Part shown: positions 53,181-64,000 of the stretch, piece after piece
Position numbering within the stretch: position 1 is the stretch's first letter
Layout of the letters: the number at the start of each line of letters is the position of its first letter
Source: a bacterium
GTDB taxonomy: Bacteria; Hinthialibacterota; Hinthialibacteria; Hinthialibacterales; Hinthialibacteraceae
Direction of reading: 5' to 3'
NCBI GenBank assembly: GCA_963663405.2
Contig: CAXXSM010000070.1
Location: forward strand, 1 to 64,000
DNA: 64,000 nucleotides
Program-made: the position numbers and the translations under genes
Notes under the pieces: model-generated
What the model was told of the DNA's origin: nothing
The model's database searches: none
The model's input: only the letters and a program-made list of their open reading frames with translations

Positions 53181-53833
53181 AATCTATTATTTCAGATGGC
53201 TGATCATTACCCAAAATTTATAAAATCCTTTGGCGCAATAGAAAAGAAAAGGCCCCTGATGTTTTCTTACGAGTTAATGTTTGATTCGGATAAGGCTTTT
53301 TTCCCTTTTCTTGTTTGTTGCGTGAATCATTTGAGTGGTAATAATTATTTATATAATCAATTAACCGGTCTATTTTGGTGGATCTTATAGCCATCCCATC
53401 AATGAAATGGTTCTATTATATAATATTTCAAGTAATATTACAACTTATTTTTTAATATTTTTTTGAAAAAAACGGATCGAGATTGGCCCAGTCAAGAATC
53501 GGCAGTGTATTTTTTCCGAACTCCTCTGGATAGCCCGATTATGGGTTGTATACTTATTGTTTTGCCTTTTATATATAAACCATCATGATTGAGATCACAA
53601 CCTGCAAATGAAAATGAGTCACGGAAGAATTTTCGCCTAAGATAGTCCTGTGGACTCATTTTCATCTATAAGGTGTTGTGGTAGAGAGGCCCTTCAAAAC
53701 GGAACTGCCCAAATAACTAGATCGAGCCAATCAACATCAATATTTATTGATTCTATAATAGGTCTTGACTTGATATCATTTCTTCAGTAAAGGCTATTAG
53801 CTAAAGAAAATTTGATAAGCAAAGATTTATCCT

Positions 53834-55060
53834 ATGAAAAATATAGCGGATTTTTTGATCGTAGGAGGGGGGATACTGGGGATTTGTATGGCGTTGGAGC
53901 TTAAAAAACGCTATGCGGATCAGGAAATCATCATTCTTGAAAAAGAGGAGCGATGCGGTCTGCACGCCAGCGGGAGAAATAGTGGAGTAATACACGCTGG
54001 TTTCTATTATACCGCTGATTCGTTGAAAGCGAAATTTACCCGGAATGGTAATATCCGCTTAACGCAATACTGCCTAGAGAAGGGGATTCCGATCCGGCAA
54101 TGCGGGAAACTCGTCGTGGCCAAAGACGAGAACGATCTTCCGCAGTTCATGGAATTGATGGCCCGCGCCGAGAAGAACGGCGTTCCTTTGAAAGAAATTT
54201 CGAAGGGGGAAGCCCAAGAGATCGAACCGCGGGTCAAGACCTTTGAGAGAGCGCTGTTTTCCCCTACGACTTCCTCTACGGATCCAGAGGCGGTGTTGCG
54301 TCAGCTGGAGTGGGATGCGGAACGCGTGGGAGTGCGGTTTGAGCGAGGCGTTCGGTTTTTAAGGCGGGAGAAACAGGAGGGAGGGGATCAGGGGGCGTAT
54401 GTGATCCGCACTACGGGCGCGATGTATCATGCGGGATATTTTATCAACGCCGCGGGTTTGTACGCGGATCGAGTGGCCCGGCAGTTTGGATTTTCGAAAC
54501 ACTACCGGATTCTTCCGTTTAAAGGATTGTATTTATATTCGAGGGAGGCGCCCGGCGCGTTCCAAACGAATATTTATCCTGTGCCGGATTTACGCAATCC
54601 TTTTTTAGGCGTTCACTTTACGGTGAAAGGAGACGGGCGCGCGAAAATTGGACCGACGGCGATCCCGGCGGTTTGGCGTGAGCAGTATAAAGGCATGGAG
54701 AATTTTCAGTGGGATGAATTTTTGGAGATTGCGATCCGGGGATTGGGTTTGCTCATTCATTCGGAATTTGATTTCAAGCGATTGGCGGTTGAGGAACTCA
54801 GAAAGTATTCGCGGAAGCGGCTCGTTCAGCTGGCGCAGAGCTTGGCGAAGGGTGTGAAAGTAGAAGATTATCGTCAGTGGGGGCCTGCGGGGATTCGAGC
54901 GCAACTATTGGATGTTCGAAAGAGAAAGTTAGAGATGGATTTTGTTGTAGAAGGGGATCACCGGTCGCTTCATATTTTGAATGCGGTGTCTCCGGGGTGG
55001 ACCTGCGCTCATCCCTTTTCTGAATATTTGTGTGATCAAATCGAAAGCAGGCAATCGTAA
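53834..55060 (+). CDS. lhgO: L-2-hydroxyglutarate oxidase-like FAD-dependent oxidoreductase
   Basis: IVGGGILG, LEKE...HASGRNSGVIHAGFYY..DSLKA, CGKLVVA, YPVPD...PFLGVHFT, GP.A, AGIRAQ, H.LNAVSP..T. Confidence 0.85.
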   Translation: MKNIADFLIVGGGILGICMALELKKRYADQEIIILEKEERCGLHASGRNSGVIHAGFYYTADSLKAKFTRNGNIRLTQYCLEKGIPIRQCGKLVVAKDENDLPQFMELMARAEKNGVPLKEISKGEAQEIEPRVKTFERALFSPTTSSTDPEAVLRQLEWDAERVGVRFERGVRFLRREKQEGGDQGAYVIRTTGAMYHAGYFINAAGLYADRVARQFGFSKHYRILPFKGLYLYSREAPGAFQTNIYPVPDLRNPFLGVHFTVKGDGRAKIGPTAIPAVWREQYKGMENFQWDEFLEIAIRGLGLLIHSEFDFKRLAVEELRKYSRKRLVQLAQSLAKGVKVEDYRQWGPAGIRAQLLDVRKRKLEMDFVVEGDHRSLHILNAVSPGWTCAHPFSEYLCDQIESRQS

Positions 55061-55175
55061 TACAAAGCGTTCCATAAAACTGATGGGCAGGGATAGAAAT
55101 CAAGGTGAGACCATTTAAGCGTGTTCTGATTCGCGTGGGGAATCGGATCATTCATGACACACACAAATTGGTTGT

Positions 55176-55204
55176 TTGACAGCGCTGATATTATCCATTA
55201 TGAT
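55176..55204 (+). promoter_or_regulatory. Sigma70-type promoter
   Basis: TTGACA-N17-TATGAT upstream of the dehydratase gene. Confidence 0.6.
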
Positions 55205-55332
55205 TGTCCATATGGTTAATGCGTTTTCTAGAATTTAAACTATTTATTGAATGTCGATTTTCGTCATGAATTAAATCAGATTTTCGAATTTTATAGAACT
55301 TAATATTTATATGGGAAAAAGAGGAACTTTGT

Positions 55333-56553
55333 ATGTTTGAACAACAGATGGTGAGTTCGGTTATTAACCGGGATTACGATCTCTTTTCCACTGATATACA
55401 AGAACAAGAGGAACAACTCTATTCAGCAATCGGAAATAGCCGTATCCTAGTTATCGGTGGCGCTGGAAGCATTGGATCTTCAACCGTAAAACAGATCGCG
55501 CTCTATAAACCAAAGGCATTACATATCGTAGATCAAAATGAAAATTGTTTGGCGGAATTAGTACGGAATCTTCGAAGTGGTTTTTTGAATTTTGACTGCA
55601 AAGACTTTCGGACATATCCATTGGATTTTGGCTCTCCAATCATGGAGCGATTTATCCTTGAGTCTGATGATTATGATTATATTTTGAATTTTGCCGCTCT
55701 GAAACATGTACGATCTGAAAAAGATCAATATTCGCTTCTTCAATTAATCGATACCAATATAGTCAAAATGGCCCGATTTCTTCAATGGTTAAGCAGAAAG
55801 GAGGGTAGACCTCGATATTTTTGTGTATCCACAGACAAAGCGGCGAATCCCGTCAATCTTATGGGCGCAAGTAAGCGAATAATGGAGAGATTGATTTTTT
55901 CGAATGAAATCGTAAAAGACTTTCAAATTACGGTCACTTCGGCGCGATTTGCGAATGTGGCTTTTTCAAATGGTAGTCTTTTAGATAGTTTTTTAAAGAG
56001 AATTAGAAATTTACAACCGATCGCATCTCCAGAAAATACGCGGCGTTTCTTTATCTCAATGCAGGAATCCGGACAAATCTGTCTCCTGGCGGCGTTTTGC
56101 GCGCCGGATAATCATCTTTTAATTCCCCGCATGGAACCTGAGAAAGATTTAATTCAATTAGAAGATGTTGCGAAACATGTGCTTCAATATCATGGATATG
56201 AACCTAAAATATATAGAAGTGAAGTTGAGGCCAAGCAAAATATTCAATCTGATTTATTGAAAAAACAATACCCATTAATTTTGACGCCACTGAATACGAG
56301 TGGAGAAAAGCCCTATGAAGAATTCTGTGGAGATGAGGAAAGGGCAATTGATATTGGGATGAAAAGTGTTTTGGGCATTAAGCATCAACCAGAAACACAA
56401 GGTTCAATGCAGCAGTTCTTAGATGAAATAATGAAGATGATATATGATCCAAAATACTCCCTATCGAAGGAAGTAATTATTCATATATTTTCATCGATTC
56501 TCCCTCAACTTAGGCATATAGAAACAGGAAGAAATTTGGATGAAAGAATGTAA
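55333..56553 (+). CDS. Soluble UDP-GlcNAc 4,6-dehydratase-like (CapD/PglF family, Polysacc_synt_2)
   Basis: GGAGSIG, AALKHV, STDKAANPVNLMGASKR, RFANV..SNGSL, GEK.YEE. Confidence 0.88.
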   Translation: MFEQQMVSSVINRDYDLFSTDIQEQEEQLYSAIGNSRILVIGGAGSIGSSTVKQIALYKPKALHIVDQNENCLAELVRNLRSGFLNFDCKDFRTYPLDFGSPIMERFILESDDYDYILNFAALKHVRSEKDQYSLLQLIDTNIVKMARFLQWLSRKEGRPRYFCVSTDKAANPVNLMGASKRIMERLIFSNEIVKDFQITVTSARFANVAFSNGSLLDSFLKRIRNLQPIASPENTRRFFISMQESGQICLLAAFCAPDNHLLIPRMEPEKDLIQLEDVAKHVLQYHGYEPKIYRSEVEAKQNIQSDLLKKQYPLILTPLNTSGEKPYEEFCGDEERAIDIGMKSVLGIKHQPETQGSMQQFLDEIMKMIYDPKYSLSKEVIIHIFSSILPQLRHIETGRNLDERM

Positions 56554-56771
56554 TACCATACAAGAATTTCAATCACTGCTAGCGCGGCGAAAAAAAAGAC
56601 TCTATAAGACGTAACTTACGTATATACAATGTATGATAAGCTAATCAATACCTTTGTCTATGGATTATTGTTTTGAGTACTGACTTTTTGTTATTTTACA
56701 AAAATCATACGTATTGTGAGTTATATAATTCAAGTTTTGATTGTTTACTTTTTTTAATTTGAAACAAAAAT

Positions 56772-57855
56772 ATGAGAATCTGTTATATCGGTGATGGGGA
56801 ATCCATTCACAATCATTTCATGGTGGATTGGTTTGTGAAGCGCGGGCATGATGTGCTATTCTTGACCGATACGCCTGAGAACGCGCCGGTGTGTGAGGTG
56901 GGCCGTGTCACGATCTCGCGTGGCTGGGGGCTGTTGCGGCATCTCTACGCCGCGATGCGGGTGCGTGGGTGGATTCAAGATTGGAAGCCGGATGTCGTGC
57001 ACGCGCATAATGTGACCGGGTATGGTTATTGGGGGGCGCTGGCGGGCTTTGCGCCGTTGGTGATGACCGCGTGGGGATCGGATTTGAATCTTTTAGCGCA
57101 GCGGAGCGCGTTCGTCCGGTTCTGCATCTCTCACAGTCTGCGGACGGCGGATCTGATCACTGGAGACGCGGAAGCGCTATGTCAAACCGCGCGTGAATTG
57201 GCAGGAAAGAGCGTGGACGCGCGGTTGCTGCAATGGGGCGTTGATCCCACAGCGTATGATGGCGAGATTGACCCAGAAGCGTGCGAACGGCTTCGAGCGG
57301 GGAAGGAATTTGTCTTTATCAGTACACGCCGTTTGCGTCCATTATATAATATCGACGTGATTTTGAACGCGTACGCCCGGGCGATGCACCGGTTGCCATC
57401 GAGCCGTCTCTTAATTGTGGGAGACGATCATCAGAAATCGGATCTGACTGCGCTTGTCGACGATTTGGGGGCTTAGTAAAAATGTTTCTTTTTTAGGGTG
57501 GTTGTCTCAACCGGATTTGATTGAGGCGCTTTGTTCCTCGGACGCGTTTATTTCCGTGCCTGCGAGTGACAGTACGGCGTTATCATTATTGGAAGCGTTC
57601 GCCGCCCGGCTGCCTGTCATTGTGTCGGATTTACCCGCGAATTATGAGTGGATCGAGCCGGGGGAGAATGGTTTGTTCGTGAAACCCGGCGATGTCGATG
57701 CGCTGATGGAAGCGATGATCGAAGTGGCCGGCAACGAAACGCGAAGCCGTGAATGGGGCGCCAAACTCCGTGCGATTGTGGAGACGCGCGGGAACCGGAA
57801 TCTAGAGATGGAGAAACTGGAGGGCTGGTACCAAGAATTGCTGGATCAACGTTGA
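56772..57855 (+). CDS. GT4 family glycosyltransferase (one apparent frameshift near 57467)
   Basis: KPDVVHAH, TAWGSD, RRL..LYN, S...D....SLLEAFAA.LPVIVSD, ENG..V.PGD; break at a G-run. Confidence 0.85.
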
Positions 57856-57870
57856 TCGGCACCGTTGGTC

Positions 57871-59957
57871 TTAGAAGGTATAGGCGACTTTTGTGAAGAC
57901 GCTGTTTCCTGATTCATCGCCATCATCGACGCTGTTGAAGACGAGGTACCAGTGGGCGTTGTGGATGAATTCCCAGCCGTAGATGACGCTGATATTGTGC
58001 AGACTGTCGTTCTTATGCTGCAGAGAAGTTTTCAGCCACATTTTGTCAGTGAAATAGTAATCGAAAACCACTCGGTTCAGCCATACTGTCTCGTCTTCAT
58101 CCGTAGGAAGGTCTTCAAAGCGGATGACGAATTCGTAACGGATGGGTAGACGTTCAAATGGATTGATCCGTTTGCCTACAATGTATTCATCGTACTCGGT
58201 TTCTTCAAATTCACCTCTCGCCCATGTGATATCCATTGATTTCCAATAATCCGATTCGTTGATGAGGATTCCCGCGAGAGAGCGGCGGTTGTCGTAGGGG
58301 GCGTGGTAATCTTCGGAATGGCCCATCGTAAAACCAAAATTGTTTTGAAACACCACTCTAGAGTAGTATGCAAAGTCACGGAGGATTGTGGCTCCGCTGT
58401 CGTCTTCATAGAGTTCGCTTTCGAAGGATGTGTAAATACTTTTGTACCATTTATCATCGGACCGGGGATTGTAATGGACTTCGAATTCAGGACCGAAGAT
58501 ATTACGGCGGGGGATATAGCCGAGGGTGGGATTGAATTCGTCTGTGATTCCCCGGTAACCGAGTGAGAATCCCCAGGGATATTTATCGTACTCGATCGAG
58601 GTGTGACCGAGGAAATCGAGACTGTCTTTTCCAAAATCATCGGGGGCGGGGCCGGGGCGCTGGCGGTCGTCCGCCGCGGAACCTTGAAAATGTAACCGCA
58701 CATCGTCATTTAAAAAGAGTTCGCCATCCATACTGGCGACACGCGAATGTCCGTCTGTGAATTCCGATTCGCTAATATAGTATCCCACCGACGATTTTTC
58801 ACCCACATTTTGGAGAACGCGGAAGATCGAGTTGTTGCCATAGCGCGCGTGTCATCGTGTGTGGTGTCTCCGTGAATATTGAAGAAGGCGAATTTGTATC
58901 CTTCATAATCTCCACTGACTTTGGCGCCGGTTTCTATATTGGTGAAACGGCGGCTGTAGTAGAGCCGGTCGCGCATATTGAGAAGCTCTTCCCCTTCGCG
59001 GAAGAAGAGGCGTTTTTTCGGGCAGGAAACGTTCGGTATCGCGCAGCTCGATTGTGTCATCGTCCGCTTCGACCTGGCCGAAATCGGGATTGATGGTCCA
59101 GGCGGTGGTGATGGCGGGAGTGAGGCGGAAATTGGCGTCGACACCGGTTTGGAAGAAAGTGTCAGTATCGCCATCGAAATCCATGCGTGTACTGACGTAT
59201 GGGGTGATTTCCAAGTTGCGGTCAAATACGCTGTCCGCCAGATCGAGTCCAGTTAGGTGACCGAAATAGCGTGGTTTGTAGTAATTGGTTTTCGTTGTAA
59301 CTCCAGAAACTGGTGGTGTCGGTGCGGCGCAGCATACGGGTGAAATTGAATCCCCATGTTTGGCCGTCTTTGCGGTAATAGTTCAAAATACTGAAGGGGA
59401 TGCTCATTTCGAAGACCCAGCGGTCTTCGTAGATTTTCGCTTCGAGTTCCCATTCAGCGGTCCAACCTCGGTTGAAGACGCCTGAGGGGCCTTCGCTGGC
59501 GTCGGCTTTTGTACCGAGTGGATTGGAGAAGAACGCATATTTGGAACGGTGGGTGTGCGTGGGATCGAAATGGACTTCAACCCAGTCGTCACCTACAAAT
59601 TCCCGGTCTTCCCGGCGTTCGCTGGCGTGGATTTCCTCGATGTTGTCGTCGAAACATTCGACTGCGATGTAGAGATGGGTTTTCGTATAGGCGACACGGG
59701 CGGTAGTTTGTTGTTCGGCGGGTTGTCCAGTGCGGATATCGATGAAATTCGACGTGACTTCGGCTTCCCGCCAAAACGGCTCATCCAAGACGCCATCAAC
59801 AGTGATGGGGCGCGTCTGTTTTATATGCGCGGAAGGATGGGACATTCGCGTTTGGATCTTTATGCGCCCATGCCGTCAGGCTGAATGAGCAGAAAAGAAA
59901 ACCACACAGTAATGGAATACAAAAAGAGGATTCAATCGGACCAATATTAATTTTCAT
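57871..59957 (-). CDS. CBM9-like + DUF5916 outer-membrane protein (several apparent frameshifts)
   Basis: Signal peptide MKINIG...AWA, ITVDGVLDEPFW, WVFEMSIPFS.L, WGFNF.R, TINPDFGQVEAD, EKR.FF.EG, YYSRR, FNP.LGY; C-terminal beta-signal VFTKVAYTF. Confidence 0.8.
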
Positions 59958-60063
59958 ACTTTCCCACATCAATGCATCGTCAGTAAAAAACAAAAGTGTT
60001 GGAAGTTTGGCTTCAATTTATTACGCTGTCAACCGGAACGCAGGGAGGGAAGGTATTTATCAA

Positions 60064-61088
60064 TTAGTGAAGTATGGATTGTATGAAGGCGGTGAACTGG
60101 TTGATATCTTCGGGGGTCGTGTCAAACGATGTCATCCAGCGAACTTCGTTTATGGCTTCATTCCAGACATAGAAAAAGAATTGCTTCTGTAGTTCAGGAA
60201 TGCAGTTTTTGGGAAGGGTGGCGAAAATCGCGTTGGATTCAACTTTTTGTGTGATTTGAATTGGTGGGATTTTTTTGTATTTGTTGATGGAGCAGCGCGG
60301 TCATTTCGTTCGCCCGCTGTGCGTTGCGCAGCCAGAGATCGTTGGTGAGATAGGCGGTGTATTGAGCGGCGATGAAACGCATCTTGGACGCGAGCTGCAT
60401 TCCTTGTTTGCGGATGTATTTGAAATCATGTGTCAGCCCGTTCTGAAAAAATAGAATACATTCGCCGAACATCAATCCATTTTTTTGTCCCGCCGAAGGA
60501 GATGACGTCGACTCCTGCGTCTGTTGTGATCTGGCGCAGGTTTAGTCCTAAATGCGCGGCGGCGTTAGCCAATCTCGCGCCATCCATGTGCAGCAGCATA
60601 TTGTGTTTATGCGCGAAATCGGCGAGTGTTATAATTTCATTTGGTTGATAAACTCCACCCAGTTCCGTTGCTTGTGTGATGGAGATGACTTTCGGTTGGG
60701 AATGGTGTTCGAAATCGAAGCCATGCATGTGTTGCTGGATTCCCTCGATTGTAAGTTTTCCGTCCGGGGAGGGGACGGTGAGTAACTTACATCCAGTGAA
60801 GCGTTCAGGGGCGCCGCATTCGTCGTTATGAATATGGGATGATTCCACGCAGATGATGGAGTGGAATGGATTCGTGATTTGATCCAATCCCAGCACATTC
60901 GCGGCGGTTCCAGCGAAGACGAAGAAAGGCTCTGCCTCGTCTCCGAAGTGTTCCTTGATTTTATCGATGGCGTTGTGTGTCCAGGGATCGTCTCCATAGG
61001 CGATGGCGTGATCTGTATTGGCGGAGAGGATGGCGTCCATGATTTCTGGATGGACGCCGGAATTGTTGTCGCTGGCGAAGCTTCGCAT
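60064..61088 (-). CDS. ltaE: Low-specificity L-threonine aldolase (two apparent frameshifts)
   Basis: FASDN.SG.HP, YGDDPWT, GTAAN, HI..DECGAPE, TELGGVY, HMDGARLANA, GGTK(N), KMRFIAAQ, RWMTSFDTT; breaks at A-runs. Confidence 0.9.
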
Positions 61089-61511
61089 GTTTTTCTTGAT
61101 CCTTTTGGTGTTTATTATGGTTAACTGGATTATCGCCAGGGCAGAAAAACGCCTTGCCCTGGGTACCAACGAAACTGGCATCGCGTGTTTTTCTTGATCC
61201 TTTTAGTGATTGTAATGGTTAACTTACTTTTTCGGATTATCGCCTGGGTAGAAAAAAGTAAAAAGCTCCGGCGCGAGCGCCGGTACATGCCCTGGGTACC
61301 CGGTTTTAAAATATTTTGTGATCTATGATGCCTTTGATTTTACGGAATGTATATGGCAAGGGGGGAAAATTGAATCATAGCGTCTTTCTATGGACGCCGC
61401 CCGTTCAACATGAAATAGATAAGAGTCGCGCTGTTTATTACTTTTTAACTAATTCTGCTTACTTTTGTGGGTGCACGCCAGGGCAGATGAAAAACCTTGC
61501 CCTGGCCACCC
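61083..61511. repeat. Imperfect tandem duplication of the ltaE 5' leader plus GCCAGGGCA...TGCCCTGG palindromes
   Basis: Copies at 61083-61167 and 61181-61300; a third palindrome at 61469-61511. Confidence 0.7.
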
Positions 61512-61562
61512 TGTATGCTTTTTCTTGCCTTAGCCATCTTGCATGCTTTATTTGGTTCGCTG

Positions 61563-64000
61563 TTAGCGCAATGACCAATCATCTACCGCTGTTGGGCGTT
61601 CGATGAAGTTGATTCGTTCGATTCCACCGGATTCCCAGGGGAATGTTGGGTGATTGCCGGCGAACCAGTGGAGTACGCCTTCATCGTAATCAATGGCGAG
61701 GACTTGGAATCCTACTTGATCGCCTGTCTGAGGAGGAAAGACATCACTGATGAAATCGCCCTGCATCGCTCCCCAAGGGATTTTGATCTCCACCGTCCAA
61801 TCCTGTGTTTCCGGATCGACGCTGGCGGCGAAGGTTGAATCGTCCATGATATCGTTTGTGATCCAGCCGTCGAAATCGTTTTTCGCGTCAATTTCACCAG
61901 CTCCATTGTCTGGGGCGATGGTGGGGATATACATGTTTGTTGTTTGGGTTTCATCGGGTGATTCGGCGAAAACGAATTGGAGGGTGTCCGATCCATTCGG
62001 GTAGGGACCGACGTAGGAGTAATTATCATCCTGAGCGGATATCGCCGCGTAGAAGAATTCATCGTCCCAAAGGAAATAATATGTCGCGCTGAAATCTTCC
62101 AAGGGAGTTTTCCCGCATTCCGGAGGATGAATTGGCTCCCGCATGAATCATGTCGGGGGAAGTAGGGATCAGGGGATACGCATTCAGGGTTTTCGGAATT
62201 GATTACCATGGCTTGCGCGCCTTCGTATTCTTCCGGGTCGTGACGGAGCCGTCGATTGTGATGACTTGATCGGGGAGCCGTTTGACCGCATTGACCGGCC
62301 AGCCGCTTTCGGGCGCGTTTCCTGATACTGTTGCAAAGAGGTCGTCGACGTAGACCGAGGTTCCAGCGGGGGATTTTTTGAATAGAGTTGGATCGCCATT
62401 TTGAGTCCGATCACTGGGATCGAAGATTAAGGCGAAGGCTGAATTCAAATGGAACCCACTGATCAAATACGGGATCGGTGATACTGCCCCACATTGTTTT
62501 TCGGTTACGCCATCCCATTCTTGGATTCGGAACCACAAGTGAGAATCGGCGTCCCATGAGGGATGCGGGAACATAGTAGTATCCTTTCAACGTGACGATG
62601 GAGCCGCTTGGAATCTCCAGCCCATCTTCTACGTCTTGAACCACCGCATGGTATTGATCGCTGCCGAGGCCTTGAATTTCCAGAGCCGTGGCGCCGGAGA
62701 AAAACCATATCCGTTGTCAGCGCGAAATTGTCGATGGTTTCCGGCTCCTTCATGGCGCCACGCCGGGTTCGAGAGCGCCTTCGAAACCGTTGTTCTCGAC
62801 CCGCTTCGTCAATGAAACGAATCCAGTCGATTTCAACGGTATAATCGACGGGAGAGAGAAATCGCCAAAGTCGTAGCGGATATAATTGAACCAGCCATCC
62901 CAGCTGCCGCTTAAATCCTGGTAGATTACGAACCACTCACCTTCAACGGGAACGGTGTATGCAAGGGAAGAATGCCCGCCTTCCACGGGGAACCAGTAAT
63001 TGTTGTAGCCACTGAGATCCGCGCCGGAGGAGATGCGCATGCGGGCGGCGATTCCTTTCATGCTGTCCGCGTTATAGGCGGCCGGTGGGGCTTTCCAAGT
63101 AGGGATCGTTGGTATCCGCGGCGATGGAGACGGTCAAGATCCCGTCCGCCACGTCCAGACTTGTGATGCCGTTTCCAATTTCCCAGCCGTTGGTGTCTCC
63201 GTCTGTGTTGAATTCCCAATTGGCGTCCGGCCAACGGAAATAATCCACTTCTTCGGGTGGGGGCTTTGACGTCGACGAAGATGTCATCGAAGTAAAAGAC
63301 CTGTCCGCTGGGATTTTTTGGAGTAGAGTTCCACGATCAGTTTTTTCACGTTTCTTCCGGTTCGTATTGGAGTGTCAGCCGGCTTTCAAAATCGAACCAT
63401 TCATCAAAGACTGTGACTTCAATGGGAGGGCTAAGGTTTTCGTGTAGTTCCATCCGATTCATTGACTCGAAACCAGAGTTCGGAGGAATCATCCCAGGCG
63501 TCCGCTGGGATTCGGGCGGCGCCAACCACCGCGACGGTCATGCCCTTTTCCAACGCAAGGCCATCGAACACTGGTTGGGAGAGACCATGATATCGATCGC
63601 TGCCTAAGCCGGTCACTTCCACCGAATAAAATTCGGAGTACCAGTCGTTGTCTATGACTTCGAAGGAACTAATGTCGCCTTCACCGATTGGCTCCCAGGG
63701 ATCAAGGGTTTCGAACTCAAAATTGTTTGTTTTCGAGGCGGTCATCCACCAAGCGGATCCAGTCGATTTCAATCGTGTATTCTTCAGGAACGAAATTGGC
63801 GAAATCAACGCGGATGGAGCTGATTTCCCCTTCCCAGATCATGGGGCTGTCGCCTCCTGCCGCGGTAAGGAGATCGATATAGACAATATTCCATTCGTCC
63901 GGAACAAGAATATCGTAATCAGCGCTGCCGTGTGAACCAGCCGAAGGGAAATAGTAGACCGCCGGTCCACCCAGGCTGAATATATCGTATGAACAGCGCA
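61563..64000 (-). CDS. Large extracellular multi-CBM-like protein (tandem jelly-roll repeats + CBM9-like domain + VDDWSLR tail); 5' end outside the window, many indels
   Basis: Fragments stitched by hand give two repeat units (EIDWIR..D.R.ENN.FE, GLGSD.YH, LWFR..E.DG.TEN, LYSKNP.G, .DD.F), then ITIDG, LWDDEFFY, WTVEIKIPW. Confidence 0.75.

Noticed and set aside
61083-61511. CRISPR array
   Set aside because: Only 2-3 imperfect, irregularly spaced copies, no unique equal-length spacers and no cas genes.
13859-64000. Many frameshifted genes read as pseudogenes or programmed frameshifts
   Set aside because: Breaks often fall in homopolymers, hit unrelated and housekeeping genes (ltaE, M3 peptidase, GT4) and become denser towards the window end. 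This is best explained by long-read consensus errors; read polishing would confirm.

Overview
Bacterial genomic window, about 50% GC with AT-rich intergenic and accessory patches. Gene content suggests a PVC-adjacent candidate phylum such as Ca. Hinthialibacterota/OLB16 (inference only). The window holds housekeeping genes (pcm, cobB, folD, rsmE, ltaE, M3 oligopeptidase, Kef-type antiporter) and several secreted carbohydrate-active or surface proteins. It also holds a Desulfobacterota-like signalling/transport cluster (histidine kinase, two tandem TauE/TSUP genes, a TIGR02186 protein, a PEP-synthase-like protein, two single-domain response regulators). An AT-rich island encodes an EACC1-like protein plus a caspase-like protease with a multi-TM tail. 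There is a complete ISL3 element with terminal IRs and an 8-bp target duplication, and a partial Wzy-type polysaccharide locus (wza, wzc, two unusual phosphoglycosyltransferase-related paralogues, dehydratase, GT4). Many genes are split by indels, often at homopolymers and increasingly towards the right end; these look like long-read consensus errors rather than real pseudogenes. The best novelty candidates are: (1) a short C-terminal tail [AS]-V-x-x-W-x-[ILV]-[FYR]-stop shared by three unrelated extracellular proteins, a candidate uncharacterised protein-sorting signal; (2) the EACC1-caspase-TM module; (3) the PGT/Rossmann/novel-helical paralogue pair. No rRNA, tRNA or CRISPR array was seen. 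All family calls come from motif recognition by eye, with no database search.
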